Notes under the pieces: model-generated
What the model was told of the DNA's origin: nothing
Databases searched by the model: none
What the model saw: the letters and a program-made list of their open reading frames with translations, nothing else
Assembly: GCA_041576165.1 (NCBI GenBank)
Contig: JBFGLM010000038.1
Span: forward strand, 1-46,397
Source: Acidimicrobiia bacterium
GTDB taxonomy: Bacteria; Actinomycetota; Acidimicrobiia; Spongiisociales; Spongiisociaceae
DNA: 46,397 bases
Direction: 5' to 3'
Shown: piece by piece, positions 40,119 to 46,397 of the stretch
Numbering within the stretch: position 1 is the stretch's first letter
Layout: the number at the start of each line of letters is the position of its first letter
Translations under genes and position numbers: made by a program

Positions 40119-41537
40119 TCAGAGCTGATCCCCTAGGTCTGGTCGACGGCGGCCGTATCGAGTTGCTTGCTCGAAGGCGTGGGCGAGACGGAGAACACCC
40201 AAATCGTCGCGCGGGGGGCCGACGATCTGCAGACCGACCGGCAACCCGCCAGGAGTGAATCCACCCGGCACCGATATCGCCGGGCAATTCATAACGGTGA
40301 CATCTGTACATGACCGCATCCAGTCGATGTAGGTGGGCAGGTCGACACCATCGATCTCGGTGACGTAGGGTCGATTGATATCGAAGGGCGCCACCTGAGT
40401 AACCGGACAGGCCAGGAAGTCGTACTGTTCGAAGAAGGCTCGGACCCGCTGGTAGAGCCGGCCGTGAAGCGCCGCCGCCCGGGCGTGATCGGAGAGCGAC
40501 AGCCGGCGGGCCTCCTCGATGTTCCACCGGACGGTGTCCTTCATCTCCTCGCCCCGCGTGTCGTAGAGCGGCCCATAGGTCGTCTCGAAGTTCCAGGCCC
40601 GCCGCACCTGGAAGATCTCGCGGGCTCCCTCCAGGTTCGGAGTGTCCTCGATCACAACTGCGCCCAGCGACTCGAGGACGTCGGGCACGGCGGCGAGGAC
40701 GGTTCGCACAGCCCGCTCGACGGGAAGCCCGCCGAGATCCGGAGACCAGGCAACCCGCAAGCCTCGGGGATCGCTGGCAAGCGGTGGGCCAAAAATCGGC
40801 CCGGGTTGTTCCAGCGCGATCGGGCTACGACGGTCGGGCCCCGCCTGCACAGACAGGAGCAAGGCAGTGTCCTCAACTGTCCGGCCCATGGGTCCTTCGG
40901 TGGAGAGGTGGGTCCAGGCCGCTTCCTTGGGCCACGACGGCACTCGGCCGGGTGAAGGTCGAAAGCCCACGACGTTGCAGAACGCGGCAGGATTGCGCAA
41001 CGAGCCGCCCATGTCCGAGCCGTCGGCCAGCGGCACCATCCCGGTGGCGAGAGCAACAGCCGCCCCGCCGCTGGAACCCCCACAGGTCTTGGAGAGGTCA
41101 TACGGATTGGCGGTGGAGCCGAATACTGCGTTGAAGGTCTGCGAACCGGCGCCGAATTCGGGCACGTTGGTCTTTCCGACGGTGATGGCACCGGCCGCCC
41201 GTTCCCGCTGCACGATCAAGGCATCGGCGGTGGGCACCTGCTCGGAGAAGATCGTCGAGCCCATCGTTGTGCGGATACCTGCCGTAGCGACCAAGTCCTT
41301 GTGGCCGATCGGCAAGCCATGCAGCGGACCAACCTCAGCGCCCGCCGCCAGGGCCTGGTCAGCTGCCGCCGCTTCCTCCATCGCATGGTCGGCGGTGAGC
41401 GTCACGATGGCGTTGACCTTTGGGTTGAGCGCCTCAATCCGCCTCAGATGCGCCGCCATCACCTCTCGAGCTGAGATTTCTGATCGGCGCAGCATCCCGG
41501 CCATCGTTACGGCGTCCCGGAAGACGAGGTCGTCCAT
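40119..41537 (-). CDS. Amidase signature family protein
   Basis: GPLHGLPIGHKDL, GKTNVPEF, GGSSGGAA, GSDMGGSLRNPA and GLPVGLQIVG motifs. Confidence 0.93.
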   Translation of the reverse strand: MDDLVFRDAVTMAGMLRRSEISAREVMAAHLRRIEALNPKVNAIVTLTADHAMEEAAAADQALAAGAEVGPLHGLPIGHKDLVATAGIRTTMGSTIFSEQVPTADALIVQRERAAGAITVGKTNVPEFGAGSQTFNAVFGSTANPYDLSKTCGGSSGGAAVALATGMVPLADGSDMGGSLRNPAAFCNVVGFRPSPGRVPSWPKEAAWTHLSTEGPMGRTVEDTALLLSVQAGPDRRSPIALEQPGPIFGPPLASDPRGLRVAWSPDLGGLPVERAVRTVLAAVPDVLESLGAVVIEDTPNLEGAREIFQVRRAWNFETTYGPLYDTRGEEMKDTVRWNIEEARRLSLSDHARAAALHGRLYQRVRAFFEQYDFLACPVTQVAPFDINRPYVTEIDGVDLPTYIDWMRSCTDVTVMNCPAISVPGGFTPGGLPVGLQIVGPPRDDLGVLRLAHAFEQATRYGRRRPDLGDQL

Positions 41538-41594
41538 GCGCAGACGGTACCCGGAGCCGCCGTCTCGTCGCATCCAGCGTCCCGTCCGACCACA

Positions 41595-42425
41595 ATGCAC
41601 TCGACGACGAGGGAGACGGGCTTGGAACCGCCGGTGCTCGTAGATCGAACGGACAGCGTGCTGGAGATCACGCTGAACCGTCCACACAACCGCAATTCGA
41701 TGACCCCCGAGATGCTGCCCGCCTTCGGCGCCGCGATTCGGGAGGCAGCGGTGGACCCGGATGCCCGGTGCGTGATCATCACCGGGACCGGGGAGAGCTT
41801 CTGTGCCGGTGCCGATTTCAGATCTGACCTGCTCGACGCCGCCCGCAAGCCGCCTCCAGATGCGCAGTACGAGGTCTACGGCGCGTTCCTCGACATCTTG
41901 AAGATCCGGGTACCGGTCATCGCGGCCATGCAGGGGCATGCCGTCGGCGGGGGCCTGGGGTTGGCGATGGTCTGCGATATGAGGGTGGCCAACCGCGAGG
42001 CGAAGTACGGCGCCAATTTCGTCCGATTGGGCCTGTCACCGGGAATGGCGATCAGCTACATGCTGCCCCGGCTGGTCGGAGTGCCACGAGCCTTGGAGCT
42101 CATGCTCACCGGTCGCATCATCACAGGAGAAGAGGCCGCCGCGATTGGCCTGGTGAACCATGCGGTGGAGCCGACAGGGGTCCTCGAGCGCGCGCGGGAA
42201 CTGGCCGCCGAGATCACAACGGCTGCGCCAATCGCCGTGCGGTGGACGAAGGAGCTCACCTATCGGCATCTGGACTGGGATCCACAAGCCGCCGCCAGAT
42301 TGGAAGGCGCTTTCCAGGCATTCGCCGGCCAGACCCGAGACTTCGCCGAGGGGGTCAGTGCGTTGCTGGAAAAGCGCCCGGCGACCTTCAGCGGGGAATG
42401 GACGACGAGCGAACCGGAGCCCTGA
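41595..42425 (+). CDS. Enoyl-CoA hydratase/isomerase family protein
   Basis: ITLNRP...N, FCAGADF, PVIAAMQGHAVGGGLGLA..CD.R and EGVSALLEKRPA.F motifs. Confidence 0.9.
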   Translation: MHSTTRETGLEPPVLVDRTDSVLEITLNRPHNRNSMTPEMLPAFGAAIREAAVDPDARCVIITGTGESFCAGADFRSDLLDAARKPPPDAQYEVYGAFLDILKIRVPVIAAMQGHAVGGGLGLAMVCDMRVANREAKYGANFVRLGLSPGMAISYMLPRLVGVPRALELMLTGRIITGEEAAAIGLVNHAVEPTGVLERARELAAEITTAAPIAVRWTKELTYRHLDWDPQAAARLEGAFQAFAGQTRDFAEGVSALLEKRPATFSGEWTTSEPEP

Positions 42426-42494
42426 ACTCCCGATCTGGTCGGGCAAGCCGGCCCGGCGGGATGTAGCGATGAGGCGTGAGTAACGTCATCGATC

Positions 42495-43700
42495 ATGGGC
42501 CGCCGTCTGCTGATCAGCTGGATCCTGGCCGTCGCCATGATTGCCACGGCGTGCGGCAGCTCGTCCGGAGGTGACCCCGGGCGGGTGCCCGCCACCCTGC
42601 CCGACACGCTTGTACCGGGACAACCGTCGGAGGAGACGCCCACGACTGCCACCACGACGACGGCCACCACGACGACGGCCACCACGACGACGGCCGCGGC
42701 AGGCGACTCTTCCGCTGCGGTGGATGCGCCGGAGGACGCGGCCGCCACGGCGCAGTCGACGTGCGAGCGCTTCGAGGGTTCCCGCTTCGGGGATCGGCAG
42801 GCGGCGTTGACAGCCGGCCGTGATCAGGTGGGCTTCGCGTTGGATGATGCGATGATCACACTGTGCCCGGACGCGTACGAGGAGTTCGAAACCCTCGAGG
42901 ACCTGGCGTTCAACTCAGCAAATGTCAATCAGAACGTGACCCTGGCCGCTTCCTGCGATACCAATGTCAGCGTCGAGCTGGTCAACCACAATGAGTTCAC
43001 CATCGACGCGGGCGTGCTGGTCCAGATCGGATCTGCCGAAGTGGGGGCGGTAGGCGGTTCTACCGTGCTGGCACTTGGAATCGGACCCGGCGAAACCCGC
43101 CAGCTGGAGATCGACCCGCGGGAGGTAGGCACCGACCTCGGGGCCAACTCTTGCGGTGCTCAGTTGACCGCATGGCAGGCTGAGACGGGTCCCACGGCAA
43201 CCATCTTTGGGATTGATGACCCAATTGAAGACCCGGCCGGCCGCCAGCTCCCCCAAACCCGTACGAACGATCCGGCAACGCTCCTCACGGAGCTGATCGA
43301 CTACGAGCTGAGCCTCTTTGGCGATCCGGACGGGGCGGCGATCGAAGAGTTCGAGGATGTTCGATCGCCCAACTTCCTGCGGCTGATTGCCGAATTCGAT
43401 GCGCGCAAGGAGACCGGCGAAAGGGTGGAGTTCCAGGGTGGAGAAATCAGCGGCGTCGAGGTCATCGAGCGTCCCCGCGACGACCTGATGCTCCTCGGGT
43501 GGACCAGTGCGCCCGCCACGATCACGTTCTTCGACGCGGATGGGAGCGAGGTCCGGTCGAGCACGTTCGGCAGCCGCGTCCGGCGTGGCATCTTCCTGCG
43601 CAGCCCGGTCGACGGACGCTGGCGGTGGGTGCATTCCGCCTTCACGGTCATAGAGGAGGGTGGGGAAGCACAACCGGGTGACGACAGCGTGACCGCCTGA
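42495..43700 (+). CDS. Hypothetical lipoprotein with Thr-rich linker
   Basis: Lipobox ATAC; repeated ATTTT linker; acidic body with four additional Cys residues. Confidence 0.72.
   Translation: MGRRLLISWILAVAMIATACGSSSGGDPGRVPATLPDTLVPGQPSEETPTTATTTTATTTTATTTTAAAGDSSAAVDAPEDAAATAQSTCERFEGSRFGDRQAALTAGRDQVGFALDDAMITLCPDAYEEFETLEDLAFNSANVNQNVTLAASCDTNVSVELVNHNEFTIDAGVLVQIGSAEVGAVGGSTVLALGIGPGETRQLEIDPREVGTDLGANSCGAQLTAWQAETGPTATIFGIDDPIEDPAGRQLPQTRTNDPATLLTELIDYELSLFGDPDGAAIEEFEDVRSPNFLRLIAEFDARKETGERVEFQGGEISGVEVIERPRDDLMLLGWTSAPATITFFDADGSEVRSSTFGSRVRRGIFLRSPVDGRWRWVHSAFTVIEEGGEAQPGDDSVTA
42648..42692 (+). repeat. Perfect 15-bp tandem repeat, three copies (GCCACCACGACGACG, encoding ATTTT)
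   Basis: Read directly from the sequence; in frame within the lipoprotein linker. Confidence 0.85.
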
Positions 43701-43825
43701 GGCCCTCAGCATGGATACGGCCTGCGTCGCGCCGAGGCTCGCCGCCGACCCTCAGTGACGATAGGGCCGAGCTCCTGTCCGGGCCTTCTCCTAACCTCAT
43801 AGAAGAAGTCGAGCCGCGAGCCAAC

Positions 43826-44977
43826 ATGATCAACCGAAATGTCCACTCGACCATGTCGTCCCCGATCAGCGAGGCGTATTCGTGGTTGGACTCCGATGCA
43901 GCTTCCCCGACCGACCTGATTGACGTGTCGCAGGCCGTCCCCGGATATCCCCCGGCCCCCGAGCTGACCGCACATCTCCAGACGGTTCTCCTCGACCCCG
44001 CCGTATCGCGCTACGGACCTGTGCTGGGAATGCCCGGCATCCGGTCGGCCTTTGCCGCCGACACCAGCCGGGCGTATCAGGCAGATGTCGCTCCGCACGA
44101 AGTGGCCATCACCGCCGGCTGCAACCAGGCTTTCGCCTTGGCGGCGACCGTGGTCTGTGCTCCGGGGGACGAGCTGATCATTCCGGTGCCCTACTACTTC
44201 AATCACGATATGTGGCTCCGCATCCAGGGGATCCGGCCGCGGTACCTCGGCTGCAGGGAAGGCATGCTGCCCGCCCTCGACGACGCAGCCGAGCTCATCA
44301 GCGATCGGACCCGGGCCCTCCTCCTGGTCACTCCCAACAACCCGACCGGGACGATCTATCCACCGGACCTCATCCACGGGTTCTACGAGCTGGCCCACCG
44401 TCACGGGATCTGGCTGATTCTCGACGAGACCTACCGGGATTTCCGGCCGACGACCGACCCGGCGCACCGGTTGTTCGCCGGTTCGTGGCAGAAGACACTG
44501 ATCCATCTCTACAGCTTCTCGAAGACCTTCTCGATCACGGGCTTCCGGGTGGGGGCGATGGCGGCCGCGGCCGAGTTGCTGGTCGAGGTGGACAAGGTGG
44601 CTGACTGCATGACGATCTGTCCACCGCGTCCTGCCCAGCAGGCAGCGGGCTTCGGCATGGAGCGGCTGGGCCCTTGGGTCGAGGCCAACCGCCGGCTCAT
44701 GAACGGTCGGGTCGAACGATTCAGGTCCGAGATGGCTGGGACCGCCACCGGCTACGAGATCGCGGCAGCCGGTGCCTACTTCGCCTACGTCCGGCACCCC
44801 TTCGGCGGAGAGCCGAGTCGCGACGTCGCCAAGCGGCTGCTCTACCAGCACGGTGTGTTGAGCCTGGCGGGAGAGATGTTCGGACCGGCGCAAGAAAGCT
44901 ACCTACGTTTGGCGTTCGCCAATCTCGATGATGAGCGCATCCCGGAGCTCGTCGCTCGGCTGGCCGCCAGCGCATGA
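43826..44977 (+). CDS. Class I/II PLP-dependent aminotransferase
   Basis: DVSQAVP, ITAGCNQAF, PYYFNHDMW, VTPNNPTG, LDETYRDF, YSFSKTFSITGFRVG and LRLAFAN motifs. Confidence 0.9.
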   Translation: MINRNVHSTMSSPISEAYSWLDSDAASPTDLIDVSQAVPGYPPAPELTAHLQTVLLDPAVSRYGPVLGMPGIRSAFAADTSRAYQADVAPHEVAITAGCNQAFALAATVVCAPGDELIIPVPYYFNHDMWLRIQGIRPRYLGCREGMLPALDDAAELISDRTRALLLVTPNNPTGTIYPPDLIHGFYELAHRHGIWLILDETYRDFRPTTDPAHRLFAGSWQKTLIHLYSFSKTFSITGFRVGAMAAAAELLVEVDKVADCMTICPPRPAQQAAGFGMERLGPWVEANRRLMNGRVERFRSEMAGTATGYEIAAAGAYFAYVRHPFGGEPSRDVAKRLLYQHGVLSLAGEMFGPAQESYLRLAFANLDDERIPELVARLAASA

Positions 44978-45951
44978 GCACTCCGCCGGAGGTCGCCCGG
45001 ATGGCGGAGTCGGCCCGAGAGCGCATCAGACCCCATGTGCGGCGCACGCCGCTCGAAGTCCTCAGCGACCCGGCTGCGAGCGACAAGGTGGTGGGCAAAT
45101 GCGAGAACCTGCAGATCACAGGCTCGTTCAAAGTCCGGGGTGCCGTGGCGGCCATGACCGCCCACGCAGCCGCCGGTATCAGGCACGTGATCGCCGCGTC
45201 CACCGGCAACCACGGCGCGGCCGTCGCATATGCCGGCCATGTGCTCGGGCTGGGCGTTACGGTGTTCAGCCCTGAATCTGCCGACCGCAGCAAGCTGGCG
45301 GCAATCCGGCGGTGGGGCGCCGAGGTCGTTCGGGTACCGGGCGACCCAGTCGAGGCAGAGCTGACCGGACGGCGAGCCGCCACCTCGGACAGTCCCTACG
45401 TGTCTCCCTACAACGACCCGGACGTCATAGCCGGTCAGGGCACGATCGGGTACGAGCTGCTGGAACAGCTCCCCACCATCGACACGCTGGTGACCGCAGT
45501 TGGCGGGGGCGGGCTCATCTCCGGTGTGGCGGCCGTCCTCAAACAAGCCCGTCCAAACGTCAGGGTTGTGGGGGCCTCACCAGTGAATTCGGCGGTGATG
45601 CTTCACTCGGTTGCCCGGGGCGAGATTTTGGATCTGGAATCAGGCCCGACTCTCAGCGACGGGACGGCGGGAGGTGTCGAACCGGGCGCCCGCACATTTG
45701 ACCTGTGCCGCCAGCTGGTCGACGAGTGGGTGACCGTGGATGAGGACGCTATCGAGCGCGAGCTTGCAGCCTTCGTCGGATCGCACCACCAGCTGATCGA
45801 GGGCGCTGCCGCGGTCGCACTGGCTGCAGCCCGTCAGATTGGAGCCTACGAATCCGGCCCGGGCCTCACCGCCGTCATCCTCTGCGGCGCCAACATCGCC
45901 TCCCCCACCCTGGCGGCCGTCCTGGGACGGCAATCTTCCCCTCCCGGCTAG
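44974..45951 (+). CDS. Threonine/serine dehydratase family PLP enzyme
   Basis: KCENLQITGSFKVRGA, ASTGNHG, SPYND..VIAGQGT, VGGGGLISG and CGANI motifs; ATGA overlap with the upstream gene. Confidence 0.9.
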   Translation: MSTPPEVARMAESARERIRPHVRRTPLEVLSDPAASDKVVGKCENLQITGSFKVRGAVAAMTAHAAAGIRHVIAASTGNHGAAVAYAGHVLGLGVTVFSPESADRSKLAAIRRWGAEVVRVPGDPVEAELTGRRAATSDSPYVSPYNDPDVIAGQGTIGYELLEQLPTIDTLVTAVGGGGLISGVAAVLKQARPNVRVVGASPVNSAVMLHSVARGEILDLESGPTLSDGTAGGVEPGARTFDLCRQLVDEWVTVDEDAIERELAAFVGSHHQLIEGAAAVALAAARQIGAYESGPGLTAVILCGANIASPTLAAVLGRQSSPPG

Positions 45952-46036
45952 CGTCCTCGGCCTCGGAGCGGGAGCGCTGGTCCTGGCCGGAGTTGCTCGA
46001 TAGGCTCCCAGCTGACCCAACCTGGGAGATGCTTTC

Positions 46037-46397
46037 GTGCAATTGGACAGCAACGATTTCGCGGACGGAGACTACCTGGCCGCGGCCCACATCCTCTCGG
46101 ACGACTACGGCTTCGGATGTGCCGGCGGCAATCAGTCGCCGCATCTGGCTTGGTCCGGTGCTCCGGAGGGAACGGAGAGCTTCGCACTCACCTGCTACGA
46201 CCCGGATGCGCCTACCGGCTCCGGCTTCTGGCATTGGGTCGTCGTGAACCTACCCGCCGACGTGACAAACCTGCCCAACGGAGCCGGCAGTACCGGCGGT
46301 GTGATGCCTGCGGGCGCGCTGCAAACCCGCACCGACTTCGGCGCGCCCGGGTACGGCGGGCCGTGTCCGCCCGAAGGCGACCATCCACATCGATACA
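46037..46397 (+). CDS. YbhB/YbcL family Raf-kinase-inhibitor-like (PEBP) protein, partial, runs off the right edge
   Basis: Manual translation from GTG at 46037 gives GFGCAGGNQSPHLAWSGAPEGTESFALTCYDPDAPTGSGFWHWVVVN...GYGGPCPPEGDHPHRY. Confidence 0.92.
   Translation, partial: MQLDSNDFADGDYLAAAHILSDDYGFGCAGGNQSPHLAWSGAPEGTESFALTCYDPDAPTGSGFWHWVVVNLPADVTNLPNGAGSTGGVMPAGALQTRTDFGAPGYGGPCPPEGDHPHRY

Noticed and set aside
42648-42692. Direct repeats as a possible CRISPR array (also 32723-32872)
   Set aside because: The units are contiguous with no spacers, in frame within Thr-rich linkers, and no cas genes are present.

Overview
High-GC chromosomal window with about 44 coding regions. The gene families (F420-dependent LLM oxidoreductase, Rv2466c-type thioredoxin fold, LppM-like lipoprotein, DUF6458, LPXTG protein, many apparently leaderless starts) point to Actinomycetota, probably a deep-branching Acidimicrobiia-like lineage; this is inference. 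Recognisable genes include phoH2-rlmN, caiD, ilvE, groES-groEL under two tandem CIRCE operators, serB, an Lrp regulator with ald, tsaE-tsaB-rimI-tsaD, a LysR regulator with ino1, alr, nnr and a fused indolepyruvate:ferredoxin oxidoreductase, interleaved with unknown surface proteins. I saw no tRNA, rRNA, CRISPR array, transposase or integrase. The best hidden signal is a gene the ORF track truncates. 39421-40038 reads VDISFWIDPI-TGA-PWCWVTARW, an Rv2466c/DsbA-like redox protein whose attacking Cys codon is an in-frame UGA followed by a bacterial SECIS-like hairpin, so it is a probable UxxC selenoprotein. Other points of interest are a convergent pair of paralogous surface proteins with different anchors, a 789-aa orphan, a 50-aa CxxC-CxxC microprotein, a non-actinobacterial-type Ino1 and a frameshifted gene remnant. 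All product calls come from motif recognition by eye, not database searches.
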